Assembly (NCBI GenBank): GCA_963810095.1
Contig: CAWEMM010000006.1
Location: 1,504,001-1,568,000, forward strand
Reading direction: 5' to 3'
DNA from: an uncultured Chloroflexia bacterium
GTDB taxonomy: Bacteria > Chloroflexota > Anaerolineae > CG2-30-64-16
Length of the DNA: 64,000 nucleotides
Shown one piece after another: positions 42,415 through 53,092 of this stretch. Made by a program: the position numbers and the translations under genes. The notes beneath the pieces are model-generated. The model did no database searches, was not told where the DNA came from, and worked only from the letters and a program-made list of their open reading frames with translations. Within the stretch, counting starts at the first letter, position 1. Each line of letters starts with the position of its first letter.

Positions 42415-43149
42415 TTAGAGGCCCAGGTGATGGAGGAAATAAGGCATTTGGCGGCGCCACCACGGCCAGTCATGGCTCACGTCGTGGCCCCACACGTCGA
42501 TCCAGGCCGAGAGGCCTTTTTCCTGCAGGATGCCTTCGAGCGCGTGCGCGTCGGCCAGCATGTCTTCGTCCCACGGGCCCTGGCCCGCGCAGACGATGAT
42601 CTGGCTGCGACGATAGCGGTCGATGTACCAGGGGTCGGAGAGACCCGGCAGGTAATAGAGGGGCGTATTGAAGAAGACCGTGTCGTCGGCAGCGTCGCCG
42701 ACGAACATGCGCAGCTGCAAGAGGCCGCTGAGACAGATCATGGTGTCGAAGACGTCGGGATGTCGGAAGAAGAAGTTGGCGGCATGGTAGCCGCCCATGC
42801 TGCACCCGGTCGTGCCCATCCCGCCCGCCCAACCCCGGCTGCGGGCGAAGGGAATCACTTCGTCGATGACATAGCGGTCGTAATCATTGTGCCGGCGGCC
42901 GCGGTCGGCGGGGTGCAGGTTCCAGTTGCACCAGGATTGGTTGTCGATGCTGTCGATGGCGACCAAGGTGATGCGGCCGGCGTCGATGGAGGGGCGGCAG
43001 GCTTCCACCATGCCGAAGTCCTCGTACTCGTAAAACCGTCCGCCCTGCGCGGGAAACACGATAAAGGGTTTGCCGCCATGCCCGTAGACCTTTAGCTCCA
43101 TGTCCTGTGACAGGTTGGGGCTCCACCACTTGCAGTATTCGACGTTCAT
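42415..43149 (-). CDS. Esterase family alpha/beta hydrolase
   Basis: YGHGG.P, GCSMGGYH nucleophile elbow, HDWPWWR; coupled to the ATP-grasp gene. Confidence 0.88.
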   Translation of the reverse strand: MNVEYCKWWSPNLSQDMELKVYGHGGKPFIVFPAQGGRFYEYEDFGMVEACRPSIDAGRITLVAIDSIDNQSWCNWNLHPADRGRRHNDYDRYVIDEVIPFARSRGWAGGMGTTGCSMGGYHAANFFFRHPDVFDTMICLSGLLQLRMFVGDAADDTVFFNTPLYYLPGLSDPWYIDRYRRSQIIVCAGQGPWDEDMLADAHALEGILQEKGLSAWIDVWGHDVSHDWPWWRRQMPYFLHHLGL

Positions 43150-44309
43150 TCGGCCAGCTCCTGGATGTAGTGGGCGGCGGCCAGCATTTCGTCCTTGTCG
43201 GGAGTGCGGACGAGGTAGGTGTAGTTGCCCATAGCGAGGCTGAAGACCGGGCTGACGGGCTCGTGGTGCGCGATGCAATAGCCGAACGCGGCCAGAATTT
43301 CTTCGTGGCCGTGGGCATAGTTCTTGTTGTCCTTCCGGCCCACGTAGCAGCAGTAGTACTTGCGGGTGTAGTGGTCGACGAAGCGGTTGTTGACGACGAC
43401 GTTCGCCCAGCCCCAATACAGGTCGACCTCGGCCGCATAATTGTAGACGTCGAGCGCCGCGCCCCCGGGCGGCCGGATGTTGACCTCCAGCGCAATCAGG
43501 CGGCCCTCGGCCGTACGGAAGAACTCAAAATGGAAGAAGCGCTCGCGCACGTCGAACTCTTTCAGCAGGCGGCGCCCCGCTTCTTCCAGGTCGGGCGCAA
43601 TGTCGCGCTGGGCGTAGAAGTAGACGTGGTTATCCGAGTTGACGACCTCCATGATGCCGTCGCTGTAGACGAGCGAGCCGAAGAAAACCGGCTGCCCGTC
43701 GCGATCGGCCAGGCCGTCGAACGTGTGAATTGTGCCCCGGACGTACTCCTCCATGATGTATTCGACGGGCGGCTTCGTGGCGAAGAAGCGTTCGAGGCCC
43801 GCGACGTCTTCGATGCAGAAGGTGTTAGCCGCGCCCACGCCGATATCGGGCTTCGCTACGACCGGGAAGCCGGTCTCGACGATCAGGGCGAGCGCCTGGC
43901 CCAGGCTGTCCACCACTTCGCCCCGGGCCGCGGGCACGCCAGCGCGCTGGAACGCCGCTTTCATCAGCGACTTCCGCTTGTATTCGGCGATCTGATTGAG
44001 GTCGGGGCCGGGGACGTTGAAGTCGGTGCGGAGGCGTGCCTCGGTTTCCATCCAGTACTCCGAGTGCGCGTCGATGCGGTTGATGCGACCGTGCCGGTGG
44101 GTGAAGTAGCCGCACGCCCGCAGCAATTCCTCGTAAGCGTGCATGTCGCCGACGCGATAGTACTCGCTCAGGGACTCGCGCAGCTCCTGGCGCAGCAACT
44201 CGTAGGGCTCGTCGCCCAGCCCGAGCACGTTGACGCCCAGCCGGGAGAGGTGTACGGCGAAAAGATAGTAATTCGGCGGAAAGTGAGGCGATAGATAGAC
44301 GTAGTTCAT
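43146..44309 (-). CDS. ATP-grasp domain protein (putative carboxylate-amine ligase)
   Basis: SPHFP, KPDIGVGA, MEEYV.G, FFHFEFF, EVNIRPPG. Confidence 0.88.
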   Translation of the reverse strand: MNYVYLSPHFPPNYYLFAVHLSRLGVNVLGLGDEPYELLRQELRESLSEYYRVGDMHAYEELLRACGYFTHRHGRINRIDAHSEYWMETEARLRTDFNVPGPDLNQIAEYKRKSLMKAAFQRAGVPAARGEVVDSLGQALALIVETGFPVVAKPDIGVGAANTFCIEDVAGLERFFATKPPVEYIMEEYVRGTIHTFDGLADRDGQPVFFGSLVYSDGIMEVVNSDNHVYFYAQRDIAPDLEEAGRRLLKEFDVRERFFHFEFFRTAEGRLIALEVNIRPPGGAALDVYNYAAEVDLYWGWANVVVNNRFVDHYTRKYYCCYVGRKDNKNYAHGHEEILAAFGYCIAHHEPVSPVFSLAMGNYTYLVRTPDKDEMLAAAHYIQELAE

Positions 44310-44458
44310 AAGATCCTCTGCAACCACTAGAGGTTTGCGTGTGTGGGAAGCAGGGCAATTGTACTGTCCTTGCGAGGCCGTGTCAACGCGCCCTGCCGCT
44401 TCTGGAAGGGAAGGGTGAGCGCGCGCGGTATAATGGCTCGGTGCAGGAGGGGGCCGGC

Positions 44459-45139
44459 ATGACTACAGCCTCGACAGAAGATTTGCCGGGATGGGCCGCC
44501 GCGATCTACGAGCGGCTGACACTCGCCTACGGGCAGCCGACCTGGCGGCCGTATTACCGCCCGATCGACGAGTTGGTGCTCACGTTCCTCAGCCAGAACA
44601 CGAGCGACCTGAACTCGGGCCGTGCGTTTGCTGCGCTGAAAGCGCGTTATCCCGACTGGCAGGCGGTGCTCGACGCGCCCACGGAGGAGCTGGCAGAGAC
44701 AATCCGTTCGGGGGGCCTGGCCTACCAGAAGGCGCCGAAGATCCAGAAGGCGCTGCGACGCATCCAGGAGGAGCGCGGGGCGTTCGACATCGACTTCCTC
44801 GCCGACCTGCCCGTCGACGAGGCGATGCGCTGGCTGACGTCGTTCGACGGTGTCGGGCACAAAACCGCGTCGATCGTCATGTTGTTCTGCTTCGGCCGGG
44901 CGGCGTTCCCGGTGGACACGCACGTGGGGCGGGTAACGCGACGGCTAGGGCTGGCGGGCCCGAAGGACAACGAGGAGAAGATCAAGGGCCTGTGGGAGCG
45001 GCTGACGCCGGCCGAGTGGTACTATGCCCTGCATCTGAACTTGATCCGGCACGGGCGGGAGGTGTGCCATGCCGGCCGGCCCGAGTGCGGAAAGTGCGTG
45101 TTGATGGATCTCTGCCGGTTTCCAGATAAGACGGCATGA
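44459..45139 (+). CDS. nth: Endonuclease III-like HhH-GPD glycosylase
   Basis: LSQNTSD, GVGHKTA, FPVDTH, CHAGRPECGKCVLMDLC Fe-S motif. Confidence 0.9.
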   Translation: MTTASTEDLPGWAAAIYERLTLAYGQPTWRPYYRPIDELVLTFLSQNTSDLNSGRAFAALKARYPDWQAVLDAPTEELAETIRSGGLAYQKAPKIQKALRRIQEERGAFDIDFLADLPVDEAMRWLTSFDGVGHKTASIVMLFCFGRAAFPVDTHVGRVTRRLGLAGPKDNEEKIKGLWERLTPAEWYYALHLNLIRHGREVCHAGRPECGKCVLMDLCRFPDKTA

Positions 45140-45600
45140 GGCGAGGGCGGGCTGGCCCTGCCTCCCCGGCTTAGGGGTTTTCACGCTTCTGGCAGGGGCC
45201 GGCCGGCCCCTGCCAACCCCGCCTCGGGGGCAAGGCCCCCGAGACCCCCAATTGCTACGCTCCTGGCGGGGCGCGAGCCGCGCTTCGCCCAAGCCTCCAG
45301 GCGTCAGGGGACTAACAGTTGCGCGTCGCACACAATGAGGATCCAGGGAATCCGTAACTGCCGGTCCACTGCCAGTTACGAGCGACATGCGTTCTCGGCG
45401 GAAGCTCTGCGCCCCCTTAAGCGTTTGGGGGTCGAGGGGGCGCAGCCCCTCGTCGGGGTGTTGGGGCCGGACGGCCCCAACAGAAGAAAACTGATGCAGC
45501 GATGCGGCGGCGGGGGCAAGCTGCCCCCGCCAAAAGAAACTCCTGAAGCGGACGTGCCGGGGCCAGCCTGCCCCCAAACAGCAGCAACTCCGGTCACACG
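45140..45600. repeat. Hairpin-rich intergenic region with an inverted, interrupted relative of the 230-bp repeat core
   Basis: gggggcgcagcccctcgtcgggg...gcggcgggggcaagctgcccccgccaaa matches the reverse complement of the 31240-31300 core. Confidence 0.65.
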
Positions 45601-45617
45601 GCTCGCGGCGCGACGCC

Positions 45618-46989
45618 CTACGCCAGGGGGTGCCGGGCCACCATCTCCTGCGCCAAGGCGTTGTGCCGCGCCACCACGGGTTCCAGGTCGATCCCGACCA
45701 GCTTGGCATCTGCTACCACCTGCCGGCCGTTGATGAAACTCAGGTCCACACCGTGCGGTGGGCACAGCAGCAGCGCGGCGACGGGGTCGTGGATCGCGCC
45801 GCCCGCCATCTCGAGCCGGTTGAGCTTCACGCCGATGAAATCTGCCGCCCTGCCGGGGGCCAACTGCCCGATGTCCTCCCGGTTCAGCACTGCGGCCGAG
45901 CCGACCGTGCCGAGCGACAGCGCGTCCATGACGGTGAACGCAGCCGCGCCCTTGGTGACCCGCTGGAGCAAGAGCGCGTTGCGCGCCTCGCCGATCACAT
46001 TGCACGTGTCATTCGACGCCGACCCGTCCACTGCCAGCCCGACCTTGACGCCCGCGTCGCGCATCTCGCGAATCTTTGCGATGCCCGAGCCGAGGCGCAT
46101 GTTGGAAGACGGGCAGTGCGCCACCCCGGTGCGCGTCTCTGCCAGCATCCTGACTTCGGCGTCGCTGAGCCAGATGGCATGTGCCCACCACACGTCGGGC
46201 CCCACCCAGCCAACCCGCTCCATGTAGGCGGCCGGCCGTGCGCCGAACCGGTCGATGCAGAACTGCTCTTCGTCTTGCGTCTCGGCCACGTGGGTATGCA
46301 GCAGCACGTTGTCGTACGTGCGCGCGAGTTTCGCCGCCTCGATCATCAGGTCGGTCGTTACGGAGAAGGGCGAGCAGGGCGCCAAGCCGATGCGTACCAT
46401 CGCATACGGGTTCGGATCATGGAACTGCTCGATGACCCGCTGGCAGTCTTTGAGGATGGCGTCCTCTTCCTGCACGACGTGATCCGGCGGCAGCCCGCCC
46501 TTCGAGCGGCCGAGGCTCATCGACCCACGGGTCGGCTGGAATCGCATGCCCAGGTCCTGCGCCGCCTTGATCTCAGCGTCGATGCTGCAATCGTTCGGGT
46601 AAAGGTAGAGGTGGTCGGTGGTGGTGGTGCAGCCGGTGAGGATCATTTCCGCCATGCCGATGAACGCCGAGGTGTAGACCGCCTCCTGCGTCATCTCGCC
46701 CCAGATAGGGTACAGGCGGACGAGCCAGTCGAACAACTCGGCGTCGTTGGCGCCCGGCACGGCCCGAGTGAGCGTCTGGTACAGGTGGTGGTGCGTGTTG
46801 ATCAGGCCGGGCGCGACGATCATGCCGCGGGCGTCGACGACGCCGGTCCGCTTCCTGCGGCAGTTGATCGGACTCGCCGACCTGCTCGATCACGTTGTCG
46901 CGAATAAAGAGACCGCCGCCGCGGATGGGCGGTTGGCCGGGGGCCATGGTGAGCAGGACGTCGGCGTTCTTAACTAACAGCGTTGTCAT
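45618..46989 (-). CDS. 8-oxoguanine deaminase-like amidohydrolase (frameshift near 46845)
   Basis: PGLINTHHHLYQTLTRA, APCSPFSV, HTHVAET, HCPSSNMRLGSG, VDGSASND; N-terminus MTTLLVKNA in another frame. Confidence 0.9.
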
Positions 46990-47060
46990 GGGGCGCCTCG
47001 CAAACGGTGAAATGGAGGTTGTTCGGCCGAATAGTACGGGGAAAGCCCGTGAACGTCAAC

Positions 47061-49929
47061 TTACCTGCCCGAAAGCTGCTGCTCCGCGGCGGCCTGCGCC
47101 TCTTTCAGCGCAGCCGGCACCGGTTGTCCGCCGTCCACGATGCGGCTGAGCGCCTGGCTCAACTGCTCGCTCACGAGATACTCTTCGGGACGCAGCGGCG
47201 CGGGACGCTGCGCATGCTCGAGTGCATACCCGATCGCGTCGCGCGTCGTGGTCGCCGGGCAGTTGCATGTCGTGTTCGAGTTGCCGGCGAGGCGGCAGAC
47301 CGGTGAAGTGAGCCTCGTCCGCCGCCGGGTGCGCCTGGAGGTAGAGCAGCCATTCCCAAGCTGCTTGAGGATGCGGCGTGCCTGCGCTGATGGCGAACGC
47401 GTCGTAATAGTCGAGCGGCGTCGTGGCGCCTGACCCTGGCCCAATTGGGAAGGGGACCAGGCCGATGCCTGCCCGCCGAAGGCTGTCCAGGCCCTTCAGG
47501 TCGAGTGGCGCGATCCACATGGCAGCGTCGCTCGCCCAGCCCGTCGCAGGGGGAAGAACGCCATCGGTGACCAGCTTTGCGTATCCGGCCGTTCCCATCA
47601 CAACTCTTGACCTATCCAATGCCGGCGCGGGCGGGACCGTCGTGTAGTCGACCAGCGGGCCGGTGCGGCTCTTCAGAAGCTGCAAGCCGTTGCCAATCGC
47701 CTCGCTCAGCCCCCACCAGCCTTGGGTGCTGTCGGTCTTCAGCACCACTGCGCGCACCGTACGGTCGAAGTCATCCCATGTCCAACCGGGCTGCGGGTAA
47801 GCCACGCCCATCTGGTCGAACATCCAGCTATTGTAGTGGATCAACTGCAGGCCGATACGGCCGGGAAGCGCGAACGCACGGCCGCGCCATTGGAGTCCTT
47901 CCAGGGTGTTCGGATAGTAATCGTTTGTAGGGAGCGATTTCTCGATCAGGGGCGTCAGGTCGTACAAAATGCCTTGCACCCGCCCGCTCCGTACCAGCTC
48001 TGGTACTTGTTCGTTGGCCATCGCGTCGACCCGGCCCGCCATGACGCGCATCTGGTTCCAAAGGATCTCGGTTCCTGAATGGCTGGGAAGCAGATCTTCG
48101 CTCGCCACGACTTTGATGCGGATGCCGGGATTCGCTTCAGTAAAGCCCGTTGCTGCCTCCTCGTAGGCGGCGCGCTGGTCCCGCGGGGCTGCGAACGTAA
48201 GGGTGAACTGCTCGGACGCCTCGACCGCCTTGCCGGCCCGCGCACCCGCGGTAATCAAGGCGGACAGGCTCGTCTGCCCTCGCACAAGGGACACCAGGGC
48301 GTTCCAGAGCTGCTGCGAGCCGTCGAGGTCCGAGAGCGGCGGCCAGTCGCCGAGGTGTTCGAGCGCGTACGCGTAGGCGTCGTGGTCTTCGGCGGCGACG
48401 GTTTTGAAGAAAGCCTGCAGCTGGGGCACCGAACGGCGGGCCGGAACGGCGCTCCCGTCACCGGCCGGCAGGTTCGTCGACATGTAGGCCACCCAGCGCC
48501 ACGCGGCATCTACGTACTGCGCCTCCGAGCTGATAGCCCAGCCATCAACCGGGCCAAGCGGCGTGGTTTTGTCAAATGCCCGGGCGACCGGGAACGGGAC
48601 TGCGCGTCCGGGAGCCGGCGACAGCCCCGTCGGCCCATCCGTCCACATCGCGAAACGGCCCTGGCGCACCTGGTCCTCGTAGTCCGAGTGGGGGTTATCG
48701 GCACTCGAGCGCTGGACCGGCGCAGCCCGCGCCTGCACGTAGAACGCGTCGGCCCAGCGGAACAGCTCCAGCACATTGCCGTTCTGGAGCGGATTACCCC
48801 CTGCCAAGCCCGGCTCGAACTGGTGCGCGGCGATAGCGCTCCAGAAGCGAGCAAGCAGCAGGTTTCCGTCCCCCTGGCCGAACCCCCAGCGCCGGGTGTT
48901 GGTGCCGTCGCGGCGCGTCAGCGCTGCGGCGGTGTTCAGCAGGTCATCCCAGGACCACCCGGGATGCGGCTCGCGCAACCCCGCCGTCCGGAAAGCATCG
49001 GGATCGTACCGGATCAGCAGCGGGCGAAAGGTGGCAGGGATGAGTGCCAGGGCGCCGTCTTCTGCCCCTTGCTTGAGCACCTCGGGGTAGAACTGGTCGA
49101 CGGCAAACGTCTCGTCGAGCCGGGCCAGCGGGGCCAGGTTCCGCACGAGCCCTTCGCGCAGCAAGTGCTTGTCCCCGTCGCCTGCGCAGAACACGTCGCT
49201 GCCGCCTGCGATGGCGGCCATGGTGTCGCTGTGCGACTGTCCCGCCAGATTTCCGGTTCGATTCTGCCACTCCTGGACGGCCCGCTCCCACGTAATGAAC
49301 TTGACCGTTACATCCGGGTTCGCCTTCGCGAAGGATTGGGCCAAGGCACGGTACTCTGGCGAGGCTATCACTGCTTCGTCGCATGCGAACGTGATCGTGA
49401 CATGCCCGCTTGCGTCGATGGTGAGAGGGGCCTCTGTAGGTGGAACGGGCAGAATGCGATTCCGGACCGCCTCGGTGGCTTGAGGTGCGGGCGTCTCGAC
49501 GCTCACGGGCCTGCGGCTGGGCCTGTCTTGTCCGCGCATCCCGATCCAGAGCGAGCCCATGAACAGAAGGGCAAGCGCCAGGGGCACCAGCATCCGCTGC
49601 CAGCGGCGCGGCCGAGTGCGCTCCTCGGGCGTTTCGTCAGTGGACGCGGGCTTACCCGTCGCCCGCCCAATGGATGGGGATAGCAGGCGCGGGTTAGGGT
49701 GCGATGGGTGTGGCGGCGCGGGCGGGACGGCGGGTGCCTGCGCGGGGGGCTCGACGGGCCTCGCCGGCGCGGCTCCGGCGTCCCGGGCGGCAAGCTGCTC
49801 CGCACATTCAGGGCATTGGGCCAGGTGCGCGTCGACTTCGCTCCGCTCGTCGGGCGGCAGGTAGTCGTAATGCGCCAACAGCGCCTGGATCTGGACGTGG
49901 GTTCTCATCTCGGCGTGCGTCCTCGTCAT
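47061..49929 (-). CDS. Zinc-finger (zf-HC2) anti-sigma factor fused to two extracellular solute-binding domains (frameshift near 47240)
   Basis: HLAQCPEC, Pro-rich linker, one TM, two family-1 SBP-like repeats (ITFA..FAKANPDVTVKF; LTFA..FTEANPGIRIKV; W[ST]WDD; AAW.W). Confidence 0.8.
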
Positions 49930-49941
49930 CCGCTCGTCACA

Positions 49942-49970
49942 ACTTTACTCGCGGCCCCAGCCCGTGTCAA
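49942..49970 (-). promoter_or_regulatory. Putative sigma70 promoter of the anti-sigma/SBP gene
   Basis: TTGACA-17 nt-TAAAGT, 12 nt upstream of ATG. Confidence 0.55.
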
Positions 49971-50146
49971 TGCACTGTGCTTACAATGCACTGAGCCTAA
50001 AAGTACACAAGCACAAATCCGTGCGGCCAAACCTTTACAGATTAGTGCTTTTCATGTAAAATTCGCTACACGGCGCGAGCCAGACCCCACTTGCCAGCGG
50101 TGTCACACGCCTTAACCAGAGAGCGAGTCGCGCCGATGGAGACGCC

Positions 50147-51670
50147 ATGCAGCGCAACATAGTTGCGCGCAACATAGTTGCGCAGAATTACATCGCCGGT
50201 CAGTGGGTAGATGCGCTGTCCGGCGAAACTTTCGCATCGACCAATCCGGCAAATGGGCAGTTGATCGGCGAAGCGCCTAAGGGTGGGCGTGAGGACGTTG
50301 AAAAGGCAGTTGCAGCAGCGGCAGAGGCTTTCGCGAAGTGGCGAAAGGTGCCGGCCCCCAAACGCGGTGAGTTGTTATTCCGGGTGGCGCGGCTGCTGGA
50401 ACAGAATAAAGAACGCCTGGCGCAGTTGCTCACGCGTGAGATGGGCAAGGTGCTTCCCGAGGCGCGCGGCGACGTGCAAGAGGCCATCGACATGGCCTAC
50501 TACATGGGCGGTGAGGGCCGGCGCTTGTTCGGTTACACGGCGCCGGTGGAGCTGCCCGACAAGTTCGGCATGGCCTTGCGCGATCCCGTTGGGGTGGTCG
50601 CGGTAGTTACCCCGTGGAACTTCCCCATTGCGATCCCGAGTTGGAAGATCCTGCCCGCGCTCGTGGCCGGCAACACGGTCGTCTTTAAGCCCGCCTCCGA
50701 TACCCCCATCCTGGCGATCGAGTTCGTGCGTCTTTTCGAGGAGGCTGGGTTGCCCCCCGGCGTACTGAACATCGTGACCGGTCCGGGCAGCGCGGTTGGC
50801 GAGGCGTTGGTAGCGCACCCGGCCGTCAAGGTGGTCACCTTCACGGGCAGCACCGAGGCGGGGAAGCGCGTCGCTGCGCTGGCCGCGCCAACGCTGAAGA
50901 AGGTGTGCCTGGAACTGGGCGGCAAGAACGCGGTCATCGTGATGGATGATGCGGACCTGGACCTGGCACTCGACGGCATCCTGTGGTCGGCTTTCGGCAC
51001 GACGGGGCAGCGCTGCACCGCTTGCTCGCGGGTGATCGTGCAGGGGGGCGTGCACCGGGAGTTGGTGGAGCGGTTGGTAGCCCGGGCCGAAAAGCTGCGG
51101 CTGGGCGATGGGCTGCTCGAGACGACGGACGTGGGTCCGATCATCAACCGCCGGGCGCTCGAGGGCATTCACGAGTATGTCGGCATTGGCCGGGCCGAGG
51201 GCGCGGTGCTGGCCACGGGTGGGGAGGTCGCCGCGGACGGCGAGCTGGCGAAAGGCAACTTCTACCGCCCGACGATCTTCGACGAAGTGCGGCCGGGCAT
51301 GCGGATGGCACAGGAAGAGATCTTCGGCCCGGTGCTGAGCGTGCTCGAGGCTGCCGATTTGCAGGATGCCATCCGTATCAACAATGAGACGGCGTACGGC
51401 CTGTCGAGCTCGCTCTTTACAAGCAATGTCAATGCGGCTTTCGAGTCGATTCGTGACCTGAGCACCGGAATCGTGTACATCAATGCCGGGACGATCGGCG
51501 CCGAAATACAATTCCCGTTCGGCGGCACCCGGGGCACCGGCAACGGGCACCGCGAGGCCGGCCAGGCCGCGTTCGAAGTGTTCACGGAGTGGAAGTCGGT
51601 CTACGTGGATTACAGCGGCCGGCTGCAGCGGGCGCAGATCGACACGGATGACCTGGTGGACCTGGCGTGA
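50147..51670 (+). CDS. Aldehyde dehydrogenase family protein
   Basis: PWNFP, FTGST, LELGGKN, GQRCTA, EEIFGP, PFGG. Confidence 0.95.
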   Translation: MQRNIVARNIVAQNYIAGQWVDALSGETFASTNPANGQLIGEAPKGGREDVEKAVAAAAEAFAKWRKVPAPKRGELLFRVARLLEQNKERLAQLLTREMGKVLPEARGDVQEAIDMAYYMGGEGRRLFGYTAPVELPDKFGMALRDPVGVVAVVTPWNFPIAIPSWKILPALVAGNTVVFKPASDTPILAIEFVRLFEEAGLPPGVLNIVTGPGSAVGEALVAHPAVKVVTFTGSTEAGKRVAALAAPTLKKVCLELGGKNAVIVMDDADLDLALDGILWSAFGTTGQRCTACSRVIVQGGVHRELVERLVARAEKLRLGDGLLETTDVGPIINRRALEGIHEYVGIGRAEGAVLATGGEVAADGELAKGNFYRPTIFDEVRPGMRMAQEEIFGPVLSVLEAADLQDAIRINNETAYGLSSSLFTSNVNAAFESIRDLSTGIVYINAGTIGAEIQFPFGGTRGTGNGHREAGQAAFEVFTEWKSVYVDYSGRLQRAQIDTDDLVDLA

Positions 51671-51918
51671 ACCGGCGCACTCTGCTGCGCAGCATCTTGA
51701 GCGGATCGAAGAACGTCAGGTTCGGCGACATGGTAGGGCTTGTCGAGGGCTTTGGTTTCCGCTTTGATCGGCAAAACGGCAGCCATCACATTTTCGTTCA
51801 CCCTGACATACCCGAGTTGATCAATCTGCAGAATGTGGATGGCAAGGTGAAACCGTACCAGGTTCGTCAGCTCTTGAAGCTTGTAGAGAAGTACAACCTG
51901 GTGCTGGAGGACGCATGA
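51667..51918 (+). CDS. hicA: HicA family toxin
   Basis: FGF..RQNGSHHIF.HP; KVKPYQV. Confidence 0.85.
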   Translation: MNRRTLLRSILSGSKNVRFGDMVGLVEGFGFRFDRQNGSHHIFVHPDIPELINLQNVDGKVKPYQVRQLLKLVEKYNLVLEDA

Positions 51919-52142
51919 CTCAGAACTACCACATTAACGTCTTTTATAGTGAAGAAGATGAAGGCTGGATCGCGGATATCCCTGATCTCGAGATGTGTGC
52001 AGCTTTCGGTCATACGCCAGTCGAGGCCTTGCAGGAACTGGAGCGGGCAAAGACAGCCTGGCTGGAATCTGCGGCGTCTAACGGGCGTCCCATACCACAG
52101 CCGCGCTACCGGCCGGCTATTTATCAGACATTGGCGGCTTAG
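51915..52142 (+). CDS. hicB: HicB family antitoxin (short form)
   Basis: YSEEDEGWIADIPDL..C.AFG.TP.EAL...W....GRPIPQP. Confidence 0.88.
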   Translation: MTQNYHINVFYSEEDEGWIADIPDLEMCAAFGHTPVEALQELERAKTAWLESAASNGRPIPQPRYRPAIYQTLAA

Positions 52143-52165
52143 CTAATTCGAGAAAGGCACGATAT

Positions 52166-52381
52166 ATGACAGACATGCCCACGCCGACAGTCATGCGGGA
52201 TTCGGAAATCAGCCAAATGAAGCAGGTGACCGTCCGCGAGGACGACGACATCGCCAAGGTCAACGACCTCCTGACGGAAGGTTGGCGGGTGCTCAGCATC
52301 GGGCAACGCAGCGACGCGACCGTTTACGTGCTGGGCCGCACCGGCGAAAAGCAGCGCACTCGTACGGGGTTTTTGCCCTGA
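52166..52381 (+). CDS. Small hypothetical protein (71 aa)
   Basis: GAAAGG RBS; VNDLLTEGWRVLSI..VYVLG. Confidence 0.65.
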   Translation: MTDMPTPTVMRDSEISQMKQVTVREDDDIAKVNDLLTEGWRVLSIGQRSDATVYVLGRTGEKQRTRTGFLP

Positions 52382-52412
52382 ACCAAGTTTTTCTTAGGAG
52401 GAAGTGCTCCTT

Positions 52413-53079
52413 ATGAAACCCGAGGAAATCGATAACGACCTGCCGGAAGACCTGAAGAAAAGCGTCTTCCTGACCACGGTCGACAATGTTTATAACTGGG
52501 GCCGCGCGCTCCATGTGGCCCATGATGTTCGGCCTGGCCTGCTGCGCGATCGAGATGATTGCCGTCCAGGCCGCGCGCTTTGATCTGAGCCGCTTCGGCA
52601 TGGAGATCATGCGCGCCTCGCCCCGGCAGGCCGACTTGATGATTGTTTCCGGCACGGTGAGCAAGAAGATGGTGCCCAACATCGTCCGGTTGTACAACCA
52701 GATGGCCGAGCCTAAGTACGTGTTGGCCATGGGCGCATGTGCGACGTCGGGCGGCCCGTTCAAAGAGGGGTATAACGTGGTTGCGGGCATCGACAAGTAC
52801 GTCCCCGTGGACGTTTATGTCCCCGGCTGCCCGCCTACTCCTGAAGCCCTGCTTTATGGCGCCCTCCAGGTGCACAAGAAGGTGTTCCGGCAGTCGGTGA
52901 AAACCGCGCCGTGGTATCGCCGCGACAAGCTGAACGAGTCGATCCCGCTGCCCGTGCTCGGGCCCGACCTGTACAACCCGCAGGATCGCGAGGCCCTGAA
53001 GAAGCTGGCCGAGGCCGCTCAGCAGCAGGCGGACGCATCTGCGGTGGCCGAGCAGGGCGCGCTCGCCGAGCGAGCCTAA
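52413..53079 (+). CDS. nuoB: NADH-quinone oxidoreductase subunit B (frameshift near 52505)
   Basis: [35 protein letters not shown]; N-terminus [12 protein letters not shown] in another frame after AGGAGG. Confidence 0.93.
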
Positions 53080-53092
53080 AGGGGGAAGTGCA

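Noticed and set aside
31231-45600. CRISPR array
   Set aside because: Repeats are dispersed, not regularly spaced; no cas genes
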